55,380 bases of DNA from an uncultured Gammaproteobacteria bacterium (GTDB lineage Bacteria > Patescibacteriota > Microgenomatia > UBA10105 > UBA927). The DNA is taken from positions 9,063 through 64,442 of the forward strand of contig CAYMYO010000004.1 in assembly GCA_964394685.1 (NCBI GenBank), read 5' to 3'. Shown here in pieces: positions 8,470 through 20,380 of the stretch. Position 1 is the first letter of the stretch. Each line of letters begins with the position of its first letter. Under the pieces are notes generated by a model that was not told the origin of the DNA, did not search any database, and worked only from the letters and a program-made list of their open reading frames with translations. Both the position numbers and the translations under genes were made by a program.

Positions 8470-9062
8470 CGCAATGGTATTATTTTACCGGAGGCACGGC
8501 TCTTACTGAGTTTTATCTTCATCACCGTTTATCCGATGATTTGGATTTTTTTACACGAAGCCAAGTGAATGATGTAAAAATCGATGCATTCATCAATCAC
8601 CTTCGTGTACCTCTTGAAATTACAAACGTAGATAAACATCATATTTCAGGACTTTTTATGTATTCGCTCACATTTGCTGATGGCGGCGAATTGAAAGTAG
8701 ATTTTAATGAATATGATTTTCCAGCGGTAGAACAAGGGATACTGTTTGGAAAACTTCGTATTGATAGCTTGTATGATATAGCAGTCAATAAATTGTATAC
8801 AATCATGGGGAGGGGGAAAATTAGAGACTTTATAGATTTGTATTTTTGTCTCGAGAAAGAAGGGTATTATTTAGAACAGCTGTTATCCCGTGTGACAGAT
8901 AAATTCGGGATCTCAATTTCTGATTTGGAGATTGTACGTCATTTTACAAAAGTTACTGACCTGACGGATTTTCCAACCATGCTTGTTCCCTTTGATAAGC
9001 AAAAGATGATTGATTTCTATCTAAACGAAGCCAAAAAACTCGAACCAAAAATCTTCAAGTGA
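8400..9062 (+). CDS. AbiEii/AbiGii family nucleotidyltransferase
   Basis: FTGGTAL...HRLSDDLDFF, KVDF, AVNKL, RDFIDLY motifs. Confidence 0.88.
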   Translation: MGNTTLTSHQSAVLEQVKTDDEITQWYYFTGGTALTEFYLHHRLSDDLDFFTRSQVNDVKIDAFINHLRVPLEITNVDKHHISGLFMYSLTFADGGELKVDFNEYDFPAVEQGILFGKLRIDSLYDIAVNKLYTIMGRGKIRDFIDLYFCLEKEGYYLEQLLSRVTDKFGISISDLEIVRHFTKVTDLTDFPTMLVPFDKQKMIDFYLNEAKKLEPKIFK

Positions 9063-9157
9063 AAGTAGTATATTTGCAATGCACGTGCATACGAAAAACA
9101 CCACATTTGCTATAAGATATCAGCGTTTGATGGGGAATCAGGCAGTGGTAAATTGTA

Positions 9158-9517
9158 TCATGCTTCAGTAACAATTCTTACAAGATCAGTAGCGCTTTTT
9201 GAATAATTATTGAAATCGGAACAGATAATTCCATTCTTTGAATTGCCAATAATGATGACTTTCGGATGGGTTTTCCGTATTTCTCTAGCGACCGATTCTC
9301 CGTCAACATTATGGTAGTCATTGGGATCTAAATTTCTATCAAGAACAGCAACGTTTATATCATATTCTTCAAACTTATCAATTGCCTCCATGGCTTCCTT
9401 TTTTGTATGGGCGATAAGAGGAACTGAATGACCTGCGTCTTCTAGAAATTCCTTTTTTGTGGCTATACTAGAACTATCATCATCGAGATAAAAAATTTTT
9501 GCTTCTGATGGACACAT
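9158..9517 (-). CDS. Stand-alone response-regulator receiver (CheY-like) domain
   Basis: YLDDD acidic pocket, AVLD phospho-acceptor, IIGNS; no output domain; no kinase in the window. Confidence 0.7.
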   Translation of the reverse strand: MCPSEAKIFYLDDDSSSIATKKEFLEDAGHSVPLIAHTKKEAMEAIDKFEEYDINVAVLDRNLDPNDYHNVDGESVAREIRKTHPKVIIIGNSKNGIICSDFNNYSKSATDLVRIVTEA

Positions 9518-9561
9518 ATTTGATTTGGAGTTTACCTCTCTCTCTCTGCCTTGTCAACTAA

Positions 9562-10923
<1,362 letters not shown>

Positions 10924-10930
<7 letters not shown>

Positions 10931-11841
10931 GAAGATTAATTGTGATATTTGCCATTGTTTTTGTTACAGTTTTCCTCACTACCTGGTGGCGAACGCCTAT
11001 TGCACCAATAAGAAATTCAATTGTTTATGTTGGAAGTCCAACGGTGATTGTGAGTTGGGAGCCAAACCGTTCACAGTATATTATTTTGACTATTCCGTCT
11101 GATATGCGGGTAGAAGCGCTTCATGGATATGGCTCATATAGCCTCGCATCCTTATGGAAATTAGATACGCTTGAAAAACGACATGGCAGTTTGTTTCTTC
11201 CAACTATTGTGGAGAATTTTGCAGTTCCAACCCAATGGTATAGTGTGCACGACCAGGTAGTTGGGATTACAAATGAAGAAGTAGTACAGTTTGTAACAAA
11301 CCAATTCTCTTTTCTTGCACTTGCAAAGTCAATTGTTTTTCGATCCTCATCTCTTACGCCAGTTGATATGGTTCGGATATGGATGGCAACTCGCGCTATT
11401 GATGCACGTTCGGCACGTGTGTTTGATTTTCGGTCACGTTCTATTGGATCAAATGTTTCGGTGCCTGATGGTTCGATAGCGATACAATTTGACCCAAAAA
11501 TGTATGATGGTATCTTGAGTAATATGCTTGAGTCTGTTGAACTTCGCAAGGAATCTATTCGACTTGCTATTTATAACACAACGTCGATGCTGGGAATTGG
11601 ATCTCGCGTGGCTCGGGTTCTTGAGCATATAGGCGGATATGTTGTCTTTGTTGGAAATGATGATGTTTTGTACGATGGACTTTGTGAGCTGAAAGGTTCT
11701 AAAGAACGTTTGCAATCAATAACAGTGAGCGTTATTCACTCGCTGTATGATTGTAGCCTTAGTGAAACAACGGAATCCATGCGTGGAGATGTGCTACTTC
11801 GACTGGGAAAACTTTTTGAAAAACGCTATCTTCCCTTTTAA
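10924..11841 (+). CDS. LCP-like cell-envelope protein with LytR C-terminal domain
   Basis: N-terminal TM anchor; C-terminal IYNTTSMLGIGSRVARVLEHIGGYVVFVGN resembles LytR_C. Confidence 0.65.
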
Positions 11842-12560
11842 TTTTCTTCATCACTTGCTGGTGGGAGATCTGTATCTTCATCTTCTGAAGCGAGTTTGAT
11901 TTTTTTCTCTTCACTTCCTCCTCGTTGGTATGGCATATAGTTGGTTGTTCCAATAAATGATGGTTGATTGATCAATTTTTTACCTCGTTTTGTCTCTCTG
12001 ATAAATATTGAGACGCAATTTTTTGACACCCCTTTCACGAACACTGCGTATTCATTCCCGGCGTTCATGAGTTTAAGAAGTCGAAATGCGAGATCATCAG
12101 GGATCGCGCCGATATATTTATTTTGCATGTCTCTCACTTCAATGCTGTATTTTTTGGTTACCAGTTGGATTTTTTGACCACAGGTGAGAATGGAAAGAGC
12201 GTTCATGGGTGCGGTATTGATGCAGTCAACCATTTTTGTTTTCCCCGGTTCTTCAAGAAATAAGAGGGGAGAGATATCTTCACACGAAGAGATAGTGATG
12301 CTGCCTTTTTTCAAAAGGCTAATCTTTTTAAGATTTTTTTGTGCAATTTGATTGTATGGGTCTAATTTCAACACTTTCGTAAATATCTCTTTGGATTTGA
12401 TGGGTTGTCCATTTTTCATGTACGCGTATCCGAGTCGATTGTACGCATCGATATTTGTTTTTTCTTCCTTAATGATTTGGAGATTGATTCGTATCGCTTC
12501 TTTCCAGTTCTGCCCTAGCGCAAGAAGGATGGCGTGGTCTTTTAAAGAGGGTTGACTCAT
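11838..12560 (-). CDS. TPR-repeat protein with acidic C-terminal tail
   Basis: AYNRLGYAYMKNGQ...VLKLDPYNQIA TPR pattern; start MSQPSL at 12560 preferred. Confidence 0.8.
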   Translation of the reverse strand: MSQPSLKDHAILLALGQNWKEAIRINLQIIKEEKTNIDAYNRLGYAYMKNGQPIKSKEIFTKVLKLDPYNQIAQKNLKKISLLKKGSITISSCEDISPLLFLEEPGKTKMVDCINTAPMNALSILTCGQKIQLVTKKYSIEVRDMQNKYIGAIPDDLAFRLLKLMNAGNEYAVFVKGVSKNCVSIFIRETKRGKKLINQPSFIGTTNYMPYQRGGSEEKKIKLASEDEDTDLPPASDEEN

Positions 12561-12621
12561 ATCAAGGTAGTCTATCCAATTCTTGAGAAATGTCAAGGTA
12601 GGAAGTACAATAAAAACATAT

Positions 12622-13470
12622 ATGAGATTGCCTTCTATTACTATTCCAGTGTGGATGAAGAAACGGTGGATTCGGTGGGAACGTCACATTGAACTATCGA
12701 AGCGTCAGCAATTTATTCTCATCACATTTTGTTTAACACTTATTCTCATGCTTACCCAACTCATATCAGTTGAGTATATTCGCTACCCACTTGTCGTTCT
12801 TCTTGCAGCGATTACCTATATCGGTTCAGCTTTTGGATTGCGGAAGGACCTAAAAGGAGTTGAATGGTTTACTTTGCTTATTCCTATTACGCTTTACAGC
12901 GCAGCAGTAGCCTTATTTTATTTTTTGCTTCCCGCTCGGTGGCTCACGCGGATTCCTGTTGCGTTTTTGTATGCTGTGGGGTTGTATGGATATCTTCTCA
13001 CGCAAAATATTTACAATGTCGCAGCAGATAGAACGATTGCGCTTCTTCGTGCGGCACGTTCTGTTGGGTTTCTCCTCACGATTTTGACGTACTACTTATT
13101 CGTATTAACGATATTATCATTTCGATCCTATCCACTATTTAATTCCCTTTTTATTGGCAGCATTAGCTGGTTACATATTTTCCCGGCATTATGGAGTGTG
13201 GAGCTCACGGAGAAGGCGAGTGGGAGAGTGGTAGCAATTAGTATTTCGCTCGCACTGGTGCTCGCTCAACTTGCATGGGCGTTTTCTCTGTGGCCAATGC
13301 CTACAACGATGATCGCTCTTCTTCTCTCGTCGGTACTGTATAGTACGGTTGGCATGGCTCAAGAGTATCTCTCACAAAAGCTCTATAAGAAAACTATTAT
13401 TGAATTTGTTTCTGTCTGTGTTATTGTCTTTTTAGCTGCACTATTAACAACACGTTGGCGAGGAATTTGA
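12622..13470 (+). CDS. Polytopic membrane protein of unknown function
   Basis: About 8-9 hydrophobic helices; in-frame ATG at 12622 downstream of TACAAT. Confidence 0.75.
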   Translation: MRLPSITIPVWMKKRWIRWERHIELSKRQQFILITFCLTLILMLTQLISVEYIRYPLVVLLAAITYIGSAFGLRKDLKGVEWFTLLIPITLYSAAVALFYFLLPARWLTRIPVAFLYAVGLYGYLLTQNIYNVAADRTIALLRAARSVGFLLTILTYYLFVLTILSFRSYPLFNSLFIGSISWLHIFPALWSVELTEKASGRVVAISISLALVLAQLAWAFSLWPMPTTMIALLLSSVLYSTVGMAQEYLSQKLYKKTIIEFVSVCVIVFLAALLTTRWRGI

Positions 13471-14194
13471 TTACCTGGAAGCAGGAGACAGGGAAGTGGG
13501 GCATGATATAGTTTGATCCACTAATGTGGATAATTAATTTCACGATACTATAAGCTACTTTTCACGCTCTAGCCATAAGCTCTAGTGTTCTTTGAGTGCT
13601 AGATAACGCTACCATATATAGGGAGTGAAAGTGGCCTCAAATAATGAAAGATAGCTTATTGTTACGCTCTATTCTCGTTTAAAACTGTATTATATAAATA
13701 AATAAATTTAGCCTTGAAATAATAAGTTTAGAGCATTAATACGCGCTAACTTGAAAACATAAAAGACCCGAACAAGTCTTCTCTGTGGTGTTATTGAGAG
13801 TTTCTTACTGTATGCCTAAACCGCATGCAGTGTCGCTACACAAGATGTGATGATAGCAGTGCACGGGAAGGATGGTGTTATAGAAGAAGAAACACTGTCA
13901 CTCCCTAGGCCGTGTTCCACTGGGTAGCTACTAGCTATATGTCGTACAATAATACTTTTACGACGTGTTATAGCCACGGGTTTGGGAGAAGTGGTATTTG
14001 GGGGTTCAATGTTGTTTCCCAATTTTCTTATATATTTATTTATTTTCGTTTCTCTTTTCCTCTTTACTTTTGATTAGATTTCGCTATCATTTCCCCAAGC
14101 CCTTGAAGTCTCTGAATATAATCCCGGTTTGGGGTGTCCCCGCGCTTTCTAGGTCAGTACAGAGGCTTAGATAGCAGCACGTCAAGAGGAGACG

Positions 14195-14255
14195 GTGTCA
14201 TTGCGATCCGCCAGCTGGCGGAGAAGCAATCCCATTACTATCATCGCAATGACAC
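14195..14255. repeat. Composite palindromic element: 12-bp terminal inverted repeats around a 16-bp palindrome
   Basis: GTGTCATTGCGA (14195-14206) / TCGCAATGACAC (14244-14255); internal TCCGCCAGCTGGCGGA at 14207-14222. Confidence 0.85.
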
Positions 14256-14327
14256 AAAACAAAACTGCTTCTTGACGAAATGGTTAACGTCGCACATTAT
14301 TGATGTAAGGATGTATATTCCTTTTTT

Positions 14328-15281
14328 ATGAATCTTGCGCAGCTTATTAATGAATTTTTGGAATATTTGGAAATTGAGCGCAATGTTTCACCGTTGACGA
14401 TTCGTAATTATGCCCACTATTTGAACCGGTTTTTGGATTTTTTGGTTACCACTCCCCTAGCGGGTTCTAAAGAACAACTTTCTGTTTCTGCGGTGACGTC
14501 TGATTCTATTCGTCAGTATCGTTTGTATCTATCCCGCTTTGTGGATGCACACGACATGAGTTTAAAGCGTGTAACACAAAACTATCATTTGATTGCCATC
14601 CGATCATTTTTGAAATACTGCACGAAACGGGATGTGGTGACGGTATCAGCAGATAAAATTGATTTGCCGAAGGCGGAAAGTAGGTCGATTAAGTTTTTGG
14701 AGCGGGAACAAATTGACAGGCTTCTCAATCAGCCCGAAATTTCAACCAATGAGGGCATGCGGGACAAGGCTATTTTAGAAACATTGTTTTCAACCGGTCT
14801 TCGTGTATCAGAGCTTGTGAAGTTAGACCGCGACCAGATCAATTTGGAACGGAAAGAATTTGGCGTGATTGGGAAAGGCAGGCGTGCTCGGTTAGTCTTT
14901 TTATCCGACGGGGCCGTTGAGTGGATTAGCAGGTATCTAAAAACTAGAGATGATGATTTGAGACCGTTGTTTATCCGATACTCAGGGAAAAAGCCGGACG
15001 AAGACGATAAAAACGGAGAGAGTTTACGGTTGTCCGCTCGGAGCATTGAACGGTTGGTTGAAAAATATGTACGGAAAGCCAGGCTTCCTATCAAAATTAG
15101 TCCACATGGGATCCGCCATTCCTACGCCACAGATTTATTGTCCAATGGCGCTGATCTTAGGTCAATACAAGAAATGCTGGGGCACAAAAATATTTCAACA
15201 ACACAAATTTATACGCATGTAACTAATCCGCAGCTTCGGGCTGTGCATGAAAAATTTCATCGTAGGAATTTGTCATCCTGA
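14328..15281 (+). CDS. xerC: XerC/XerD family tyrosine recombinase
   Basis: GLRVSEL, SPHGIRHSYAT, LGH, TQIY catalytic residues; C versus D not resolvable by eye. Confidence 0.9.
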   Translation: MNLAQLINEFLEYLEIERNVSPLTIRNYAHYLNRFLDFLVTTPLAGSKEQLSVSAVTSDSIRQYRLYLSRFVDAHDMSLKRVTQNYHLIAIRSFLKYCTKRDVVTVSADKIDLPKAESRSIKFLEREQIDRLLNQPEISTNEGMRDKAILETLFSTGLRVSELVKLDRDQINLERKEFGVIGKGRRARLVFLSDGAVEWISRYLKTRDDDLRPLFIRYSGKKPDEDDKNGESLRLSARSIERLVEKYVRKARLPIKISPHGIRHSYATDLLSNGADLRSIQEMLGHKNISTTQIYTHVTNPQLRAVHEKFHRRNLSS

Positions 15282-15343
15282 ACTTGTTTCAGGATCCACG
15301 GATAGATCAGAGAACTGGATGCTGAAATGAATTCAGCATGACA
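15271..15343. repeat. 73-bp double-hairpin REP/RPE-like element, copy 2
   Basis: Compensatory CCTG/CAGG pair versus CCCG/CGGG in copy 1; supplies the xer stop codon. Confidence 0.9.
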
Positions 15344-15353
15344 AAAAAAGAAT

Positions 15354-16349
15354 ATGAACATAGCAATTTTGTATACATTACCAACGCGTCGAGCCAAAGC
15401 AAGTGCTTTTATCGAAACAGATGAGGATACGATTGAATCAGCGCAGGAAGTAGCGCAGGCAATTCATGATAAAGGATCAACGCCTATTCTTATTGGGCTT
15501 TCTGAAGATGCTATTGAGAAAACAATCCGTGAAATTGATGCAGATTGCATCGTGAACCTTATTGACTGGACCGGATTGGATTTACCGTTAAGTTTACAAG
15601 CGATGGATGTGTTGGAATCAATCGGTATTCCATTTACCGGGGCTTCCCGAAAGGCTTTTGAGTTAGGGGTGGATAAAATTGTAATGAAAAAACAGTTCGA
15701 TGCTTTCGGTCTACCCACTCCCCGCTGGCAATTATTTATTTCCGGGCGGGAAGAAGTTCAAAAAGATTTTGTGTATCCGGTGATTGTGAAGCTTGCGAAA
15801 GAACATTGCAGTATCGGTCTCGGAAAAACGTCTATAGTACATAGCCGTGAAGAACTTATAATACTGGTTGGTAAACAGCTTATAACGTACCACGAGCCAG
15901 TGATAGCTGAAGAGTTTGTGTCCGGACGTGAATTTCAAATTACGCTTCTGGAAAAAGAAACAGGACTGACGATGCTTCCTCCAGCGGAAGTGACGTACAA
16001 AGTTAAAGGGACAAACGCCATGCTTTCCTATGAAAGTCGGTGGGTCGATAGATCTCCGGATTTCCATACGTCAGGAATGGCACTGGCGAAGTTGACTGAC
16101 GAGCAAATGCAAACATTTGAACCCATTTGTAAACAGGTATTTCATGCGTTTGGTTTTACTGATTTTACTCGCATTGATGTGCGGTTAAATGACAAAGGTG
16201 AGTTTATGATTTTAGAAGCAAACGCCAACCCCGGACTCTCTGATGACCCCTTGTATGGCATGACCGTTTCCTACAAAGCAGTTGGTATGACGTTTTCTGA
16301 TTTTGTGTGGGAGATTATTGAGTCTTCCCTTAGACGGTGGAAGGGGTAA
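15354..16349 (+). CDS. D-Ala-D-Ala ligase-like ATP-grasp enzyme (divergent)
   Basis: IPFTG, DKIVMK, PVIVKLAKEHCSIG, EEFVSGREF, RIDVR, LEANANPG; lacks the canonical HGxxGEDG. Confidence 0.85.
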   Translation: MNIAILYTLPTRRAKASAFIETDEDTIESAQEVAQAIHDKGSTPILIGLSEDAIEKTIREIDADCIVNLIDWTGLDLPLSLQAMDVLESIGIPFTGASRKAFELGVDKIVMKKQFDAFGLPTPRWQLFISGREEVQKDFVYPVIVKLAKEHCSIGLGKTSIVHSREELIILVGKQLITYHEPVIAEEFVSGREFQITLLEKETGLTMLPPAEVTYKVKGTNAMLSYESRWVDRSPDFHTSGMALAKLTDEQMQTFEPICKQVFHAFGFTDFTRIDVRLNDKGEFMILEANANPGLSDDPLYGMTVSYKAVGMTFSDFVWEIIESSLRRWKG

Positions 16350-16932
16350 AGACTTTTGAAGTAGCGATATCAAACTTCGGGAGACTTTCCGGATTTTTGG
16401 AAATAACCAGCATGAGCTGTGGTTGCCAGTGGCGGACAAGTTTAAAATGCGTTCCCCGTTTGGATGTTTTTTTCCGTTTTAAATCAAAGTCAAACCATCG
16501 GTCTCGAAAGTCCTGCCATGCATAGGACTTTCGCTTAGCAGAAGACGTATCTAAAAGCACGATTCTATTTTTGCTGGCAGCAAATGATGAGACGACTGCC
16601 CAATGACCGGAGTCCGGATGGGGTTCCTCTTTTTCATTGAGATCGTATAAATACGAAACCATCACGGCCCGTATATCATTTGGTGGATATTTTAATGCAC
16701 TTTGCAAATGTTTGAGCGTTGCATATTCAACGGCAAGAACGGAAAATCCTAAGCTATTAATGGCATGAATGAGTTTTTTTGTTGTTGTTCCGTTACGATT
16801 AGTTTTGCATAGTTCAATAAGGCCTATAAGGGACTTTTTGACGCTTAAGATTGAGAGTGCGACTTTGAGTGCAGCAGGACCACAGGTATGACTATCTGGT
16901 TGTTGAATAGCTTTAGCCTTACTTCTTCCCAT
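16330..16932 (-). CDS. C39-like cysteine peptidase
   Basis: QQPDSHTCGPAAL (Q...C), DSGHWAV (H), LLD (D); start MGRSK at 16932 preferred. Confidence 0.75.
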   Translation of the reverse strand: MGRSKAKAIQQPDSHTCGPAALKVALSILSVKKSLIGLIELCKTNRNGTTTKKLIHAINSLGFSVLAVEYATLKHLQSALKYPPNDIRAVMVSYLYDLNEKEEPHPDSGHWAVVSSFAASKNRIVLLDTSSAKRKSYAWQDFRDRWFDFDLKRKKTSKRGTHFKLVRHWQPQLMLVISKNPESLPKFDIATSKVFTPSTV

Positions 16933-17023
16933 AGGAATTCCTTCGTATAGACTCGGTGTATGGACTATTCTACAGCGATAAACTATAGCCTTCAAGAGGC
17001 AAAAATTAGCTTCAAATTATAGG

Positions 17024-17755
17024 TTACTTTACCTCGTAACTGAGGGTTACATTAAGCGTAATATCTGTTGAGCCCGTTTCCAGTTGTGTTGGTGCTGTGG
17101 CGCCTCCAAGACCTGTTTCTGCCTTTGCATACATGGGTATGATGCGATTTCCTCCGGTTGATTCTTGGTAGTTAATGATTTTTCCTAAGGTAAATCCTGC
17201 TGTTTTTGCTGCAAGCTGAGCTTTTGATTTTGCGTCCCCTACAGCGAGTTTTCGTGCTTCGTCTTCTGCTTTGGTTTTGTCATCAACATCAAAACTGATG
17301 CCTCCCACAGTATTTGCTCCTGCACCGGTTGCGCCGTCCACAACACTATTTGCTTTTTCTATATCACGGACTTTTATCGTAAGGTTACTTGATGCTTGGT
17401 AACCAGTGATTCGTTGACGATTTGACGTATAGTCATAGGTTGGATACATATTGTAGTTACTGGTTTTAATATCTTTTTCATCAACACCAAGTTGTTTAAC
17501 CGCCGCTGATACTGCGTTGATATTTTTATTGAGATTATCTTGCACCTCTTTGACGGTTGTTCCTGTTGCTTGTACTCCGACATTGACCGTTGCGATATCA
17601 GGTTTCACAGAAACTTTTCCCTCACCCGTTACGGTGAACGTCTCTGATTTGTTGCTGGTGACGTTGGTGATACTAAATGGTATCGGCCCAGCGAATTTTG
17701 TATAGAGAAACAGGGAAACAAAAAATACGATAAGGGAAAGGATAGTAGTTTTCAT
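17024..17755 (-). CDS. SIMPL (DUF541) domain exported protein
   Basis: TVTGEGKVSVKPDIATVNVGV...A...A...A pattern; N-terminal TM. Confidence 0.9.
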   Translation of the reverse strand: MKTTILSLIVFFVSLFLYTKFAGPIPFSITNVTSNKSETFTVTGEGKVSVKPDIATVNVGVQATGTTVKEVQDNLNKNINAVSAAVKQLGVDEKDIKTSNYNMYPTYDYTSNRQRITGYQASSNLTIKVRDIEKANSVVDGATGAGANTVGGISFDVDDKTKAEDEARKLAVGDAKSKAQLAAKTAGFTLGKIINYQESTGGNRIIPMYAKAETGLGGATAPTQLETGSTDITLNVTLSYEVK

Positions 17756-17856
17756 ATACTCGTAGTATAGCAAATTCTTAAACCGATTTATTATTTTATT
17801 AATCTACCCCAACATTTTTCAGCGTACGTGGAGATTTGTTGTAGTAATAATTTACG

Positions 17857-20364
17857 TTATTTCGTTAAACACGTTGCGGCGGCGACGGTGTCGGATTTGT
17901 CGGTAAAGCGCATCAGGATGACGCCACTTGTTGCGCGGCCGAGACGTGGGATTGATCCAATAGGGAGTTTGACCACTTGTCCTTTGGTCGAGGTGATGAT
18001 GAGTCCTTCTGTTTCCGTTGGAATAATTTGCGATACAATAACTTTTCCTGTTTTGTCTTTCACATCTGCTACTTTTACTCCCTGACCCCCTCTTCGTTGT
18101 TTTGGAAATCCAACTATCGCTGTTTTTTTACCAATTCCTTTTTCCATAATTGTGAGGAAATCATGGGATTTATTTTCTTTGGTGATCACATCCATGCTGA
18201 CGAGATAGTCACTGCCTTTGAGAAGTATTCCTCGTACGCCCATAGTGTCACGTCCAGTTCCCCGGACTTCTTCTCCACTAAAGCGGATGGATTTTCCTTC
18301 ATGGGATACCATGAGTATTTCATCAGATCCGCCGGTGAGTTTTACCCATTCCAGCTCATCGCCTGCATCGAGTTTAATGGCGACCAGTCCATTACGTCTA
18401 ATGTTTTCATATTCTGTGAGTTTGCTTTTTTTGATGACGCCTTTTTTGGTCGCCATGACAATGAACTTCACACCAATTTCTTTTTGTTGTTTGGAGTCAA
18501 GAGTGTACGCAAGCATGGAAGTAACTTTTTCTTGGGATTCAATGTTGATGACATTGACGACTGCCTGACCTTTTGCCTGACGGCTGGCCTCCGGTAAATC
18601 CCATGCGCGGACTTGATAGACTTTGCCTTTTTCCGTAAAAAACAATAGATTGTCATGAGTTTTGGCAGACACCACCATATCAATCGTGTCCTCTTCTTTC
18701 GTTGTCATGCCAATGACGCCTTTTCCGCCTCGTTCCTGCGTTTTAAAAGACGTGGGCGGAACGCGTTTGATATATCCGGACTGGCTCATAGTGATAATGG
18801 TATCTTCATTAGGAATGAGCTGTTCTTCGCTAAATTCTCCGACTTTGTTTTTGTAGACTTTTGTCCTTCTATTGTCACCGTATTTTTCTTTGAGTTTGAT
18901 CAGCTCATCTTTAATCACCTTAAATATTTTTTCCGGGTGTTCCAATAGATCGTTAAGATAGGTAATTGTTTCCTTAATCATGGCAAGTTCGTCTTCAATC
19001 TTTTCCCGCTCAAGAGCCGCAAGTTTTCGAAGTTGCATGTCCAAAATTGCTATTGTTTGAATCTCGGTGAGTTTAAACCGAGCCATCAATTTTATTTTTG
19101 CTTCATCTGCGTCTTTGCTTTTTTTGATGATTGAGATGACTTCATCAATATGATCAACCGCAATTTTTAATCCTTCCAGGATGTGTTCGCGTTTTTTTGC
19201 TTCCGCCAGTTCAAATTCGCTCCGTCTCCTAATAACAAATTGGCGGTGCTTCAAATATTCTTCAAGAACTAATTTGAGAGTACACGTTTGTGGTGTATTA
19301 TCTACCAATGCAACCATGTTTACCGGAAATGTTGTTTGAAGATCAGTGTATTTGTATAAGTTATTGAGTACCTGTTTTGGATGTGCGTCACGCTTCAGTT
19401 CCACAACAACCCGGATACCATGTCGGTCTGATTCATCACGAAGATCTGAAATCCCATCGATTTTTTTGTCTTTTACAAGATCCGCGATTTTGATAACAAG
19501 ATTTGCTTTGTTTACTTGGTATGGAAGCTCTGTTATGGAAATTGCTGATTTTCCCTGCCCGATTTCTTCAATCTCAGCTTTTCCTCGCATGATGATTTTA
19601 CCTTTTCCTGTTCCGTATGCGAGTTTGATTTCGTTTATGTCATAAATGGCTCCTGCGGTTGGGAAATCCGGTCCCTGAACATACCCCATGAGTTCATCAA
19701 GCGTTGTATTAAAGGAATACTCAGGCGTTGCATGACTATTTTTTTCTCCTTTTACAATGGTAATTTTTCCAATCATGTGAACAAGTGCATCAACGATTTC
19801 CGTCAAATTATGAGGAGGAATTTTTGTTGCCATGCCGACAGCAATACCTTCTGATCCCATGAGGAGCAAATTCGGGAGTTTTGCCGGTAAATAGACTGGT
19901 TCTTTTGTTGATGCGTCAAAGTTTGGTATGAAATCAACTGTGTCTTTTTCTATATCAAACAGCATTTCAGATGAAATAGCTGATAATCTGCACTCGGTGT
20001 ACCGCATGGCAGCTGGCGGATCTCCGTCAATAGAGCCGAAGTTTCCTTGGCCGTCAACGAGCGGGTATCGCATAGAAAAGGTCTGAGCAAGCCGGACAAG
20101 TGCTTCGTAGACGGAAGAATCTCCATGTGGATGATATTTTCCCAAGACTTCTCCGACAACAGATGCGCTTTTTTTATATTTTGAACTATGTGCCAGTCCC
20201 GTTGTGTGCATTGCGTACAAAATCCTGCGGTGTACTGGTTTCATGCCGTCACGGACATCTGGGAGCGCTCGGGATACGATGACAGACATAGCATAGTCAA
20301 GATATGACTTCTGCATTTCTGTCACGATTTCAGATTGGATGATTTTTCCTATATTCATATTCAT
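17857..20364 (-). CDS. gyrA: DNA gyrase subunit A
   Basis: [32 protein letters not shown], GyrA box QERGGKG; real start at 20364 or 20358. Confidence 0.97.
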   Translation of the reverse strand: MNMNIGKIIQSEIVTEMQKSYLDYAMSVIVSRALPDVRDGMKPVHRRILYAMHTTGLAHSSKYKKSASVVGEVLGKYHPHGDSSVYEALVRLAQTFSMRYPLVDGQGNFGSIDGDPPAAMRYTECRLSAISSEMLFDIEKDTVDFIPNFDASTKEPVYLPAKLPNLLLMGSEGIAVGMATKIPPHNLTEIVDALVHMIGKITIVKGEKNSHATPEYSFNTTLDELMGYVQGPDFPTAGAIYDINEIKLAYGTGKGKIIMRGKAEIEEIGQGKSAISITELPYQVNKANLVIKIADLVKDKKIDGISDLRDESDRHGIRVVVELKRDAHPKQVLNNLYKYTDLQTTFPVNMVALVDNTPQTCTLKLVLEEYLKHRQFVIRRRSEFELAEAKKREHILEGLKIAVDHIDEVISIIKKSKDADEAKIKLMARFKLTEIQTIAILDMQLRKLAALEREKIEDELAMIKETITYLNDLLEHPEKIFKVIKDELIKLKEKYGDNRRTKVYKNKVGEFSEEQLIPNEDTIITMSQSGYIKRVPPTSFKTQERGGKGVIGMTTKEEDTIDMVVSAKTHDNLLFFTEKGKVYQVRAWDLPEASRQAKGQAVVNVINIESQEKVTSMLAYTLDSKQQKEIGVKFIVMATKKGVIKKSKLTEYENIRRNGLVAIKLDAGDELEWVKLTGGSDEILMVSHEGKSIRFSGEEVRGTGRDTMGVRGILLKGSDYLVSMDVITKENKSHDFLTIMEKGIGKKTAIVGFPKQRRGGQGVKVADVKDKTGKVIVSQIIPTETEGLIITSTKGQVVKLPIGSIPRLGRATSGVILMRFTDKSDTVAAATCLTK

Positions 20365-20380
20365 TCCGCCAGCTGGCGGA
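20365..20380. repeat. 16-bp perfect palindrome TCCGCCAGCTGGCGGA
   Basis: Fills the entire gap between the hppA stop and the gyrA ATG; same sequence at 14207-14222; variant at 46283-46298. Confidence 0.85.

Noticed and set aside
13816-14022. 68-aa minus-strand ORF
   Set aside because: TTG start, no SD at a suitable distance, no recognisable motif
13471-14092. Possible oriC: AT-rich intergenic region with TGTGGATAA at 13525-13533 and an imperfect inverted partner
   Set aside because: Only one perfect DnaA box, no dnaA/dnaN nearby, and no clear switch in gene-strand bias; GC-skew analysis would be needed
14151-14180. SRP (4.5S) RNA call from GTCAG...AGCAGC
   Set aside because: The spacer lacks the stem plus GNRA tetraloop; kept only as an unassigned structured-RNA candidate
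14256-14327. dif site next to the Xer recombinase gene
   Set aside because: No match to a XerD arm (TTATGTTAAAT-like) seen on either strand
20008-20022. Partial match to the TCCGCCAGCTGGCGGA palindrome inside gyrA
   Set aside because: Explained by the conserved GDPPAAMRY motif and only half the palindrome is present
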